A stretch of DNA of 64,000 nucleotides from Octopus vulgaris (GCA_951406725.2 OX597826.1:21390001-21454000); one strand, 5' to 3'; positions 1-13,736 are shown, counted from the first letter of the stretch. The notes: generated by a model from the sequence alone, not told the origin. Made by a program: numbers and translations.

Positions 1-294
1 CACAGTTGAGCGAGAGGCCAACAAAACTCCTTGTAACACCAAAGATGAACTGAAGGCAAAGATTATGGCAACATTCACTGATTAAAGCAAGGTGATCATC
101 CAGAAGAGTTGCAGGAGATTCCGAAGTCTTCTGGAGGCCGTGATTGAAGCCAACGGCGATTTTATTGAATAAATTTACTTTGGTATTTCAAGATATTTTT
201 ATGTAATTTTGGTAAATATATCTGTTAAAAATGAGATGTCAGTGTAATTTTCATTTTTGCATAATTTAGGCAACAATATATTCACTGTGCCCTG
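1..294 (+). mobile_element. 3' end of decayed Tc1/mariner-superfamily DNA transposon (transposase C-terminus plus right end)
   Basis: Frame 2-172 reads TVEREANKTPCNTKDELKAKIMATFTD*SKVIIQKSCRRFRSLLEAVIEANGDFIE*, a typical Tc1/mariner C-terminus with an internal stop. The sequence ends ...TGCCCTG followed by TA. Confidence 0.75.
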
Positions 295-304
295 TATATA
301 TACA

Positions 305-517
305 CAAGGGGATGCTGAAAAGTTGCTGGCTTTGGGTAAAAGAAAATAGAGGGGGATCAGTTAATTATGATTTTATTCAACATATTCTCTTCTCAGATTT
401 ACACAATGCAGCAGTCCATCAATTTTTCTAAGCCCTGTAAAAGGGCTCAGAAGGTTGGGCCTCCAACCAGACTTTTCATGATACCCTTGAAACCAAGAAC
501 TTTTCAACACCCCCTTC
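305..517. mobile_element. mariner-type MITE
   Basis: Imperfect ~28 bp TIRs (AAGGGGATGCTGAAAAGTTGCTGGCTTT / AAACCAAGAACTTTTCAACACCCCCTT), TA-rich flanks, no coding capacity. Confidence 0.6.
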
Positions 518-2853
518 TATACACCCTTTATTGCCAACTGAGGGGGAATAGCTTTTGCTGAGGAGGTCTAATAACACTAATAAGTCTTGTTTACATTCAC
601 CCATTGGTTTTATAAATATGATCTAAAGTTATTTCCCTTTTTGCAAACATTCTTGGAGGGAGTTTCTACAAATTGCTTAGATAATTTCTATTTATCAGTT
701 TTTTCCATTCACCACCCTGCAGTACTTATATTTAGAATGGTCTTTTAAGTGATTTCTTCACAACTATATTGTTTGCCAAGATCAATAAGATAAAGTACCA
801 GTTGCATACTTACCGGGGTCAATCTAACTAACTGAAACCCTTTCCTATGTTAAGGCCCTGTGTCTAATTATAAAGATTCCTTAAATATTTAACAATGTTC
901 TGAAAATAAAGTTTGCAGTATTTGTAGAAGAATTGGCTATTTCCCCCCAGTTCTTTATTTCATTGACTGGTTAAATTTTGTATTCCAGTAGAAGTATTTA
1001 ACTGCTATCTGGAAGTATTCGATATGATTCCAAGTACATGTTTGATCCATTCATGATCTTCTTGTGTTCCTAATTATAAAATGCTAGTTCTATAAATTCT
1101 ATCAGTATTCCTGCAATTATTCTTGTTTGGAAATATTGTTTGATGTTTCGGAAACAAGTTACCTTCATATGGTTCTGTATTCAGTCCCTCTGCACAGCAC
1201 CTTGGGCAAGAGTCTTGTACATTAGATTCAAGTTGACCAATGCCTTTTGAAGAGAAAAGCATGATTTATGTCCTGCAGATATATTAGAAGGGTCATCACA
1301 AACCAAGTCAGTTCTTATTCAGAATTGCCCTCTTTGATGAATCAGTGGACAAAATTCAGACATTTCAAGACTTGGCATGATTGCCATGGTTGGATGCCCT
1401 TCCTATCTCCAACCAATGCACTTTGGATTGGATGAATTGTTGTATGTATGTCTGCCTACCCTTTTCTTTCTCTCTCTCTACACACATAGCTAACTGGTAT
1501 TTGTTCCAGTTCTCTGCTCTAAGTCCAAAGCCAACTTTGCCTTTCATATTTTCAAGAAATAAAGAACCAAACCAGGACAGTGGAATTGGTAGAGCACCAG
1601 ACAGAGATACCTTCTGGTATTTGTGTCCAGCACTTTGTGTTTTGAGTTGTTAATTAGTGTATGTCATCCATTGCCTGGTCCTTGGGGACTGTTGCAGACA
1701 TCCAAGCCAGCTCCCTGGTTCAAGGATAGCCTCCTCCCCACTTTTGGGAATCAATGGCACTTAGTTTCCGTCTTTGTTGAAATGGTGAAAACAAAAGATA
1801 ACCCATCAATGAGCAAAAACCAACAAACCGATGCGCCTAGTAATACCTAGTGGTACTGATTCTGCCTGAGTCGCTTAAATAAAATCAACTAGTTTTATCA
1901 GCATTTGTTAAACGTCACACTTGATGTGTTCCGAAAAATATAATTTTAGCTCATTTGACCAATTTTGACATTTGTTTCAGGAATGTTCCACTTGTCTTTC
2001 TATAAATGGAACTCAGTCTGTTATGCCTGGCACAGATGTTGGCACACTGGGTTCACAACCAGGGTCCAGATGACCCTTTGCGGCTTCTGTATAAGATTTT
2101 GGTGTTAAAAGTTATGTGCTATGAATTGCTTGTATTTCTGCAATGTATACAAGATTGGAGCCTGGTGTGGCCTACTGGCTTGCCAGTCCCCCAGTCAAAC
2201 TATCCAACTCATGCCAGTATGGAAAACAGACGTTAAACGATGATGATGATACAAAATATTTTAACAATTTTTAAAAATACAATTCCTAATAATATTTAAT
2301 TATAAAAATACAAAAGGATTTTTTTTTTATCCACTGAATGGCTGTCGAGGTCCAGAACCATCATGTTAGAATAATGTCTATGTACCAGTGTCACAGGTAA
2401 GGTAGTGGAATAGCGTGTGTTTATGTGTGCGTACATAAAATAGATATGCTTTGGTCCAACCTTTTTGCTCTGTTGATCTTAAAAGATGGAAATTTAATGA
2501 AATATGAAAAAAGAAAATCCAGAATTGATTTTTTTTTGTTTTGTTTATAAAAGCTTTATTTTCTTTTATAGGACAAATCACATGAAAAACAGGATGCCTT
2601 GAAGGAAAAAGATGTGATGAAAATGTCTTGAAGTCTGGTGCAAGATTTATAACAAAAAAATATATAATTCCTTGAATCTTAATATTTTGATGAAATCCCT
2701 AAATTTCTCTGCAGGGGGTGGGGTCAGTTCTGCCTGAAACCTGTAATACTCATATTTTATTAAAACAACTTTTAAATGGTTTTTTTTTTTTAACATTCTT
2801 ATAACTCTTATGCTTTTATAATCCCACAACTCAAACTACGACCCACGACTCAC

Positions 2854-3075
2854 CAGTATGAAATATTTGTTCATTTAACCTATTTCAAAAAGTAAAATGT
2901 CAAAAAAATAAAACGTTTTTTTTTTAAAATTTAGTTCAGTATTTATTGATAAAACAAAAACCAAATTTTTAGCAGCTTTTGATAAATCAGAAGAAACACA
3001 GTCATAGACAATCTTGCAAACAAACTGTAATAAAAACAGTGGCAGCTCATCTCTAATTGGTTGCTAACGATAACG
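2854..3075 (-). promoter_or_regulatory. candidate minus-strand promoter and non-coding first exon
   Basis: RFX X-box-like GTTGCTAACGATAAC (3060-3074) abuts a CCAAT box (ATTGG 3056-3060). There is local CpG enrichment and a strong minus-strand donor CTG|GTGAGT at 2854/2853. No linked coding exon was found. Confidence 0.3.
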
Positions 3076-4465
3076 ACGTACAATATAGAAACCGAGTGTT
3101 TTTATCATCATCATCATTTTAAAGTTCCATTTACTTCCATGTTGGCATGGGTCGGATGAATCAACTTAGGCTGAGTTACTCCTTATTTGGAGCAACAACC
3201 CTCGTGTGTGTGTTATTTCGCTTTTGAAATTCAACCTTGTTTCTTGAGATCAACCTCCACCATTTCTTCAAGTCTTTCTAAACATACTTTCAGTATGTCT
3301 TTTGGATTTAGTTGAGAGATGTAAGATAACGGTAGAGAGGTTCAGATGCATTTTGGGTTTGATATAAAAATTTAAAGAAAGAAGAGGGAAGACAGAAGAA
3401 AAAAGTGGAAAAGAAAAAAGAATTTTGTTTGAAAAACGTTTCCATGAGAGAAGCTAATAATAACAACGTGAATGTTGACGTCTAAACGGTGACAGAGAAT
3501 GCAGCATAACACTTGTGTCATCTGATTGTCATTAAAATGTCGGGAGGACACACTACTCATGGCTACCACTTAAAATTTGTGTTATTTCAAACTCGTGTGT
3601 CTAATTGTTTCAAACTGGAGGAGAAGTCATTGACACGTAATATCAATTGTTATTTGGTTTATATATTTTAATTTGAGGAAGAACAGAGCTATATCTACAA
3701 GACTGGGTGTCTGTTGGTTGAATTGGTACTGGTCGACATCTTTAAGGAAAGTGCAGGGGATAAGGGTTTTGTTGAAATGTTCTAGTTTTGGCCCAAATAC
3801 TAATATTTGCTGCAAGATCAGTCTTTAATTATATTCACATCTGAAATGTTTTATAGGAATATTAAATCTACCACAGTATATCACCGGTACTTTGGTTTAC
3901 TGACCTTAGATGAAAGGCAATGTTCGCCTGGGTCTGTTCACATCCAAAAGACTACAGAAATTTTTCACTGACCCCAGAAAGATGAAAGACTAATGTTAAC
4001 ACCAGCACAAACTGAACTCTGAATGTAAAAGGTTCAGGTGAACGGTAAAGAACCAAAACATTAAATTCCTCATTCCTCTAGCAACTGAATCCATCAGTCC
4101 CCCATAACATTAGAATCTGTCATCTATGTTAAAGTTGGACAATACAGTGTATACATTTGTATACATACATATGTGTGTGTGTATATATCACAGTAGCAAA
4201 GACACCACATGCACACACTCCATTTTAGGTTTAGAATATATAACTTGCATCTTTGAGATTGTCTTCAAATAAAAACAAAGCACCAGTTGAACACTCTAAC
4301 TGACTTACCCCTCCCCTAAAAATGCTGACCTTGTGCCAAAATTAGGAACCAATATGATTTATAAACTGGAATAAAGAGATCAGGGTTGCAGCTAACTAAT
4401 AGACAAATGAGAGTATAAACTGTTATTAAATATGTTATATATATGGAAGGCGTGTATATATATAT

Positions 4466-4853
4466 AATTTCAATAATCAGAAAACGGAGAAAACTTTTGA
4501 TCAACAACCAAACAAATTGGACCACATCTATAGATTATTTTTTAATACAAAACATGACATAACATTTCTTATGTCCTCGAGATGAGGCCCTGTTCTTTCC
4601 TATTCTCTCTTCCCTTCGTTTATTTTATTTTACGCATTTGTATTCACTCTGGTGAAGCTCCATGTACTAGATCGAATCTGTTATGAAAATGATGAATATT
4701 ATTTTCAAAACTCTTCCGTAAGCACCGACTAATATCAGAAGCAGAAGCAGCTGTAAGAAAGGTTGTCATATTTTGTATTAAAAAATAATCTACAGATTTG
4801 GTCCAATTTGTTTGTTGATCAAAAGATTTCTCCATTTTCTGATTATTTAAATT
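4466..4853. repeat. fold-back element with ~100 bp inverted arms
   Basis: 4466-4571 is the imperfect reverse complement of 4754-4853. The left end abuts a short (TA)n. Confidence 0.8.
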
Positions 4854-5024
4854 TGATTACTGATAAACTGTTGTCTATTCTGTTGTTACCTGTACTCTAA
4901 AAGCATAGTTTGCCCGTTTTCCATGCCCAGGGATAGCACAGGTAACTGATACCAGTAGCAAATATGGAGATTCTTATCCCTTAGTCGGTTACTACAACCG
5001 CTAACTCAGCTTACCTATATATAT

Positions 5025-5399
5025 ATTCTTTTATTCGTTTCAGTCATTTGACTGTGGCCATGCTGGAGCACCGCCTTTAGTCGAACAATTGACTCCAGGA
5101 CTTATTCTTTGTAAGCCTAGTACTTATTCTATCAGTCTCTTTTGCTGAACCGCTAAGTTACGGGGACATAAACACACCAGTACTGGTTGTCAAGTGATGT
5201 TGGGGGGACAAACACAGACACACACATATATATATATACATACATACGACGAGCTTCTTTCAGTTTTCGTCTACCAAATCCACTCAAGGCTTTGGTTGGC
5301 TTGAGGCTATAATAAAAGACAATTGCCCACAGTGCCAGGCAGTGGGACTGAACCTGGAACCATGTGGTTGGTAAGTAAGCTACTTACCACACAGCCACC
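5025..5399 (-). mobile_element. tRNA-derived SINE (same family as 22183-22573)
   Basis: Reverse complement of the 22183 copy, with A/B-box head, internal microsatellite and the same 3' tail. Confidence 0.8.
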
Positions 5400-5834
5400 C
5401 ATGAGACCATATCATCACAGGTGTGTGAGTATGTTTGTAATATCAGATGTTGTTTAAGTGATTTGCATTTAATTTCACTCCTAATGGCATCAACATGTAT
5501 TTTGTTACAACACATTTATATTGATTGTGCTGTGACATAACTAAACCAAACTAATCGTTTGCCTTCGTGCAAATGTGTGTGTGTGTGTGTGTGTGTGTAA
5601 ACATGAATACAAATGTCAATGTATTCAACTACCATGTTGTTTAACCCCAGTGACCCTTAGTTGAGTAAACCTATGATAAAAGTATTCCAACTATGACCAC
5701 CTTATTTACAATGGATCCAGATTGTGTTCTTCCATTTTCGAAGATAGTAAGGTGTGGTTTTAGAAAATTTACCTACTTTTCAAGCACATCAAGTGACTGC
5801 CTCTTTTAATTTAGCATGTATAAATAATAATAAT

Positions 5835-6225
5835 AATTGACTACATTGACCCCCAGTGCTCAACTGGTACCTAATTTATTGACCCTGAAAGGATGACAGG
5901 CAAAGTTGACCTCAGAAAGTAAAGACGGCGGGCATGCTGCTAACCATTTTGCCTGGAATGCTAAAATGATGGTAATACTTTGAAATTTGGGTTGAAAGCC
6001 AGTAAATTTTAGGAGAATGTCTTTAGTCCATTACGTCAAAGTACCCAACTGGGGTTGATGGAAGTGTACTTTATTTAATTGATCCAGGACTTTATTTTAT
6101 TGACCCTGAAAGGATAAAAGGCAAGGTTGGTTTTGGTGAGATTTGAACTCAGAACACAGAGAGCCAGAAGATATGTTGCTAAGCATTTTGTCTGAGATGC
6201 TAACTATTCTGCCAGCTCACAGCCA
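5835..6225 (-). mobile_element. two partial copies of a second tRNA-derived SINE family
   Basis: Shares TTGACCCTGAAAGGATGAAAGGCAAAGT-type core and TTTGAACTCAGAA B-box with the copies at 24315-24720 and 43137-43351. Confidence 0.65.
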
Positions 6226-9200
6226 TTAATAACGATAAAATTAGTGGCTCAGGCTGTCATGCATCTGTACTAACAACCCACACAGTTTAATTTTGATTCC
6301 TACACACAGACTGACTGACACACAAACACATCTGCATGTATATATAAATAAATATATGTGTGTGTGAGTGCATCTCTCTCTCAACACATATATCATTATT
6401 GTTTTCATTTTCTGCTTATCCCCTACTGATATGAAAGCTGGTTTGGTTTTCTCGAGCGATGTTTTATGGTTGAATTCCTGTTTTGTCACCTCTTCCTGAC
6501 GTACTTTAAATCCAGGCTATACAATTAGATGTCAATTTACTCCTACCTACATTTGCACATATGTATGTATATCGGTATAAAACTATTTTTACATGGTGTA
6601 TCATGGCAATACAGTTTCTGTTAATTTTATTACTTTCTGCCTACCCTGTAATAATTAAAAGTACCTTGACCATGGTCACACTACAGGTAACAGTGTGTGG
6701 ACAAACGACAATTTTTTCAAGTTTGATCTCTTGTTTGTCAAGTTGGGTTTCCCTTCCACATAGTTTCTCACATTTCAAATTCAATCCAATATATATCACA
6801 GGTATCCCTAACACTCCTGTACTGGCTATAAGTACCCTCAATAATTCCACATATATTACAGGTATTCCTAATTCCCAATACAATAACAAGAAGGATATCC
6901 AGTTGTAAAAACAACCAAATGACGAAGCTAGTTTCTAAGTAGTCGCTTGTCCTGTCAGAAACAGCAGCCAAGTCTCTGTCTACTAAGTATTAAGACGAAG
7001 GACACATTAGTTGATGTTAGTTTAGAAAAGAAGGCAAGATAATCATGGCCCTTCTGATCAATGCCAGCTCCTCCAGTGCTGACAGGGCAATGGATTTTCT
7101 AGGGTTCTTTAGAATATAATGCATTTTTTTCAGCTGTTTGCATCAATTTCATTGTTTTGGGGTTAATAAATAGGTTCCCAGTCTAATAGGGGGTGGGGGT
7201 GGATGGGTGGAATTATCATGGCATGGGATTAAATGTTTAGTGGAGTTAATCTAGTTTAATGTCTCCTCTGATCCCTTGGTAGAATTCACTCTGTTCCTAA
7301 CATTTTAATGAAATCTCTGGTCCCTTCCTGGCATTGGAAACTCCTGAAAATACGTAGGGATCATAGGACGTTGCCCTTTCCTGCCAATTTGTACTTAACA
7401 ACAACTTCTGCATTGATAAATTATTCCACCTCTGCACAAATGGAGAATGACAGAAAAGGAAGAAAAACAAAGAAAAGGAAGGAAATGAAGAAATCCAGCA
7501 GAAAATGGTTAAAGTCAATATTAGTGTCTGTTGTAACGATAAGGTAATACTTTGTGAAATATTATCCGCAGTCAAAGAAAAGGTCAGCATGTATCCGGGG
7601 GGGGGGGGGCGAGAGCCATTATTCAACGGACAAAAGAAAGCTTTCTTTGGAGCAGAAGTTTTTGTCACCATGGTAACATAGCAACTCTTAGTTTTAGTAA
7701 TTGTATTTGTTGGTGGTTTTTAACTAAGAATGAAAAAGACAGAGAGAGAGAAGTCGATTGAACTACAAGTCAACAGTGACTGAATAAACCTTAGTACCAT
7801 GATCATTCCAACCATGGCCATCCTTGTCTTTTCTCTATGCATAGAGAAGCCAGGACTATATCAACATGTTCTTTAATAAAAAAGTGATAGGTTGTGATTT
7901 GAAAGGAATTTAGCTGCTATTTCTAGCATGCTAGGTAACTACAAAGAGGTTCCCTTATTGTTATTTGTGTGTGTGTGCAAAATTAATTTCCAAGAAACTG
8001 CCAACTCCCCAGAAACTAACGAGTGAGATTTTCTGCCAAGTCAGATCTGAACATATTTTCATTAGTCATAAAACATAATTGTTTATCTTTTAAATCAGTT
8101 TCTTGTATAAACACACACACACACACACGTTATCACAGCAACAACGGGAGATATTGCCGCTGCTGTTGTTGTTGTTGCTGTAGTTGTTGGGTGGGGAGAA
8201 GAGTGGAATTATCAGTCACTTATCATGAAAAATATTTTTGAAGACCCACTTCAAAGATACAAGAGAAGACATTAAGTAGGAAGACATGCAAGATAAGAGG
8301 CCGTCCAGGTTGGATTAGAAAGCAAGGAGAGAGAGAGAGAAGTTAAAAAGTAGTTACATAACGAAGGTGGTTTTATGCTGTAATTGCACAGCAAATCTGT
8401 TGTGTTATCTACTTCGAATGATTAGGAAACAAGAAATGACAGCATTTGTCACTAAATGAACTGAAGATATTTATACTATAATGGAGAATGTGGCTTATTG
8501 ATTAGTGGCAATTACATAACTTTTACCAAAAAAAAAAGAAAGAGCAATTAAAGTCTCCACTATGTAGAAAATTCTTAAAAATTCCAATTTTAATATATTT
8601 TTTTTTTATCAAACTGTAGTTTTAAAGTTTTTTCAACCAAACAATTTTAATTCTCTGCAAGTCTTATATTGTGAGATAACCTTCATCTCCCTTTCCATCT
8701 TTTCTTTGTTTATTTTTGATAGTTCATTCCTTTGCTATAACTTCCACTTTTCATGTTATTGTAATTCATATGATGAATGGTAATAAAAAATTATTTCCCA
8801 TTTCTGTACAATTATACTAATATGTATAAAAATATATATTGATAGAAAAGAAATAAGTTATGCAACCACATGTGTTAGAAACAACAGTAAGTTTTCCAAT
8901 ATGGTTTTTCCAGTAATTCCTGAAACATCCTAATAACTCTCAGAAAGACTGCCCACTGGGTGGTTTTCTACTGGAGATGTAAATGATTGAAAACTCAGTG
9001 GATACACAGCATTAGTCAAATAAACACATCATCAATTTAATGCCTACAATTCCATGCTTGCCTGGGGCAGATTTCCAATGGCTGGATGCCCTTTCTGTCA
9101 CCAACCTTCACCTGTTTCCAGATAAGGTAATATTCTTCTGCCCTTATGGTCAGCCATATCTTTATGGATGACTGGAAAAAGAACACTGTTTGCATGATGG

Positions 9201-10289
9201 TGATGCTCGTTTGGATGCCACCAAATATCAAGACACGGACCGATGCCCCCACCCCATGTATATCAAGACATGGGTCCACGCCCCCACTCTATGTATACAT
9301 GACAGGCTACTTTTAGATTCTGCCTACCAAGTTCACTCACATGGTTATGGTCAGCACTAAGTCAAATAAACACATATAGATGGTAGTAAATACACACACA
9401 ATGAAATCTTTCGGTTTCCATTTACCAAATCTGTTCTTGTGGCTTTGGCCAACCTGAAGATGCAACAGAAGATCTTTGCCCAAAGTGCCACTACACAGTG
9501 AGATTTAACTTGAAACCATTTGATTGAGAAGCTTGACCATGGCTGAGCCTTTCCATATTATGGTCAGTCTAGAAAATGTCTTTGATCCGATTCCCTTGGA
9601 GAGGCTGTTGAGGATGTGTTGAGATGCTTTTAAGAAAACTTAATTTCTTTGATTCTGTTTTTCAAGAAACACTTTCATTTTTTTTTCTTGAATTTTTCAA
9701 ATTGTAAAGGTAATTTATGGACACCCTGTTTATATCTATACATATATGTACTTATGTATGTGTGTGTGTGTGTCTTTGTAGCTGTGTTTGATCTCCCCAC
9801 TGCTTGACAATCAGTGTTGGTTTGTTTACATTCCCATAACTTAGCAGTTCGGCAAAAAAGACTGATAGAATAAGTACCAAGTTTTCAAAAAATAAGTATT
9901 GGAATCGATTTCCACTAAACTGTTCAAGGGGGTGCCCCAGCATGGCCATAGTCCAATGACAAAAACAAGTAAAAAATAAAAGATAAAAAGTGGTCTAAAG
10001 AGGCAACATTGAAACTGGAACCATTCTTAACCTCACAACCCCATATGGGGACCTAATTAAACAAAAGAATCTTCAAACAATTGTCATAAATCGTTAATTC
10101 TTCTAATTTTTGAAATAACATGAAGACTGGTTTCAAGTAGAAAACAAGTTAGAAGATCAAAAGAAAAAAAAAAAACCAAGAGTGTGGGTGTGCGTGTGTG
10201 CAAACAGCTTTCTCAAACATGAACAACATGCTTATGCTCAGATTTAATCTTTTATGTTTATAGAAAGTCCTGAAGTAAAGAGGATTAAA

Positions 10290-12380
10290 GGTGAACATGG
10301 TTGGCAGATAAGGATGATGGTGCCCTTGCTTTTAATGATTCTGCAAAGAAAGAGGCTTGGAGATGTCATTATGAAAGACTGCTGAATGTGAAGAATGAAC
10401 GGGAGGAGGAGAGTCTGCCAAATGCTGACCCGACTGGGAGACCAGCTATCTGAATTGACAGTAGCTTAGTAGATAAAGCAATTAAGGATATGAAGACAGG
10501 GAAAGCTCCCGGCTCATCAGGAATCACTGCTGAGATGTGTAAAATATCTAGCAGTGTGAGTTATGGTCTAGTCACCCGTATTGTAAATCAGGTGGTTCAT
10601 AAAGGAGTCATACCAAATGACTGGTGTAGCTGCACCATAGTCAACTGCTACAAGGGTAAAAGTGGTGCCTTAGAAATAATTACAGAGGTATCGAATTGTT
10701 GGATCAGGTGATGAAAGTCACGGAGAGGGTCATAGCCCAGTTAATCAGGGAGAGAGTTAGTCTAGATGAGATGCAGTTTGGCTCTGTGCTACATAGAAGC
10801 ATCACTGAAGCTATATTTCTGGTAAGGCAACTGCAGGAAAAATACCTAGCCAAAGATATAAACGTCTGTACTTAGCTTTTGTTGACTCAGAGAAAGCTTT
10901 TGACAGAATCCCCCAATCCCTTACCTGGTGGTCAATGAGGAAACTAGGGATAGATGAGTGGTTGGAGAGAGCTGTACAAAACCAAAGTCATAGTAAGTAG
11001 GAAGGCAGACAAATCACAAATCTCCTTCAGGTAGATGGCCCTGCTCAATCTGTAGAAAAGGCATAGGTGGAAACTCCATAAGATGCACCCAGTGTAAGCT
11101 TTCAACACACAAAAGGTGCAGCAACATCAAAGAAAGGTTAACAGAAAAACTAACTTTTGTATGTGGAAGGTGCACAGGCATAATAAATCCATGTGCAGAA
11201 AATAGACTCTGCCGGGGGGGGGGGGGGGGGGAGCAAGATAGAGGTAGTAAATAACTTCCGGTATCTAGGCAACCAGGTTAATAGTGGAGGTCGTTGTTCT
11301 GAGAGTGTAGCTGTGAGAAGATTAGGCTGGGCAAAATTCAGAGAGCTCCTACCCCTGCTGGCAACAAAGGGCCTCTCCCTCAGAGTGAAAGGCAGATTGT
11401 ATGATACCTATGTGTGAACAGCTATGCTGCATGGCAGTAAAACATGAGCTATAACAGCCAAGGACATGTGTAAGCTTGAAAGAAATGAAGCGAGTATGCT
11501 TCGCTGGATGGGCAATGTCAGTGTGCATGTTCAACAGAGTGAAAGCATTTTGAGAGAAAAGTTAGGGATAAGAGGCATCAGATGTGGTGTGCAAGAGAGA
11601 TGACTGCACTGGTATGGTCATGTGATGTATATGGACAAGGACAGCTATGTAGAGAAGTGCTGATCTGTAACTGTGGAGGGAACCTGTGGTAGAGGTAGAC
11701 CCAGGAAGACATGGGACGAAGTGGTGAAGCATGATCTTAGAACTTTGAACCTCACAGAGGCAATGACTTGTGACCAAGACCTTTGGCAATGTGCTGTGAT
11801 GAAGAGGACCCGTCATACCAAGTGCACCCATGCTGGTGGCATGTAAAAAATGAACCTTTGAACATTGGGCATAGTGGCTGAGTTCCTTTCGAGCATTGGG
11901 CCTAATAAAAGCAAAGTGGTTGAGTTCCTTTTGAGTATTGGGCCTCACAGAGGTGAAGTGGCTGAGATCCTTTTGAGCGGGCCTCAATGAGATGAGGTGG
12001 CTGGTTTTCTTTTGAGTGTTGGGCTTCATAGTGACTAAGTTCCTTTCAAGCATTGGGCCTCATGGAGGCAAAATGGCTGAATTCCTTTCTAGTGTTGGGC
12101 CTCATGGAGGCAATGACCAAGGCCTTTGGCATTATGTTGTGCTTGAGAAGAAAACCCATCAAGCTAAGCAAAATTGCAGTCATGGCAGATACCGGTGTCA
12201 CACAAATGCCGGTGACATGTAAAAGCACCCATTACACTCTTGGAGTGGTTGGCATTTTCTAGCCAGAGAAAACCATGCCAAATCAAACTGGAGCCTGGCA
12301 CAGCCTTTCGGCATGCTAGCCCAGTCAAACCATCCAACCGATGCCAGCACAGACAATGGACATTAAATGATGGTGATGAT
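10290..12380 (+). mobile_element. decayed RTE-clade LINE (RT fragments, ORF C-terminus, 3' UTR, (GAT)n tail)
   Basis: Fragments MKTGKAPGSSGITAEM, LAFVDSEKAFDR, FRYLG and [20 protein letters not shown], with frameshifts and an internal deletion. Homologous to 62907-64000. Confidence 0.9.
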
Positions 12381-12409
12381 AATATATATATATATATATA
12401 TATATACAT

Positions 12410-13086
12410 ACATATAAATATAAGAGGCCTGCTGCAGAACAAAGGCAAATGCAGAATTGCGCACCTGAAGAATCTTTCTGCATGCAATCAAGCTATATGC
12501 ATTCCACTAACAGAAACACATCTGTCTGCAGACATAAATGATGCGGAGATACACAAACCAACGTATGCTATTTTCCGTACAGACAGGAGAAAAAGAAGTC
12601 ACGGTGGAGTTGCAATGTACATCCGAGGAGATGTCACACCCTTAACAGTTGGTGTGTGATACACTCATAATACATCTAAAGCAACTAGATATTAGATATA
12701 GTGACGTGCACATTATATCTGCTCTCTCTATATTATATCGCCCACCTGATGCCTCAGACCATGATGGAAACTTTGAAGAAAGCCTCAGTGCAGTAAAGGA
12801 AGTACAAACAGTTGGATCAACGTACTATATTCCTGATGGGTGACTTCAACTTCCCCAACATCAGGTGACCTGAGGGTAACATAACAGCAAGAAATGAGGC
12901 ACAAAGAGCGAAATCAAGCAGAATCTCTACTTGATCTTACGAAAATGCTATTCATGGAGCAGATCATCCTCTCTCCAACCAGGAACAAAAATATCCTGGA
13001 CATTACAAACAATGTGGAAATTATCCACAACGTAAGTATATCACCAGCAATATTCTCAGACCATAACATGATAGAACTGACAATGT
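12410..13086 (+). mobile_element. apurinic-like endonuclease fragment of a CR1/L2-like LINE
   Basis: APE motifs NIRGL, LTETHL, FRTDR..HGGVAMYI, YRPP, G*DFN-like, NILDI and SDHNMI, broken by frameshifts. Confidence 0.8.
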
Positions 13087-13509
13087 AGGGCCCAGAATTA
13101 ACTATTGATTATTGGAAAAAATTCAGAGTCTTACAGCTGTTTCTGAGATTTCTCCAAGCATGGGATATTCTGTCATCAGAGACATTATCATCATCATCAT
13201 CGTTTAACTTCTGCTTTCCATGCTGGCAAGCCAGAAGGCTGCACCAGGCTCCAATCTGATCTGGCAAAGTTTCTACAGCTGGATGCCCTTCCTAATACCA
13301 ACCAAGAGCGTAGTGGGTGCTTTTTACATTCCACAAATAGGGAAAAATAGGAACATGAGAATGGTATATATGAATGAGATGACAACATAGAGGAAGGGAA
13401 TAAAAGAATAAGGAGATGGAAGAAAGAAGACAAAAATGCATAGAAGTACATAGTTCAACTTTCTAAAGTTATAGAAACAAGAGCATAAGTCCTTAGGTGC
13501 ATATATATA

Positions 13510-13676
13510 ATTGTGACCTGTTCACTGACAAAACTCTGTGCTGCAGCATGGAATTTTGTCAGTGAACAGGTTACAGTTTCAAAGCAATGAAAATATTTTG
13601 ACAAATTAAATTTAAATGTTGAAGTGAATCTAACAGTTTTTTGTGTGTTTTTAAATGGCTTATAATCACCTGCAAT

Positions 13677-13678
<2 letters not shown>
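13510..13678 (+). mobile_element. short fold-back element (Penelope-like remnant) with hammerhead-like motif
   Basis: Starts with an inverted repeat (13513-13536 vs 13550-13574). Same family as 59316-59610. Flanked by TA and (TG)n(TA)n. Confidence 0.6.

Positions 13679-13736
<58 letters not shown>

Noticed and set aside
1623-2110. Exon-like unique sequence with a plus-strand acceptor TTTCAG at 1980 and short ORFs
   Set aside because: All frames on both strands close quickly and none resembles a protein family I recognise.
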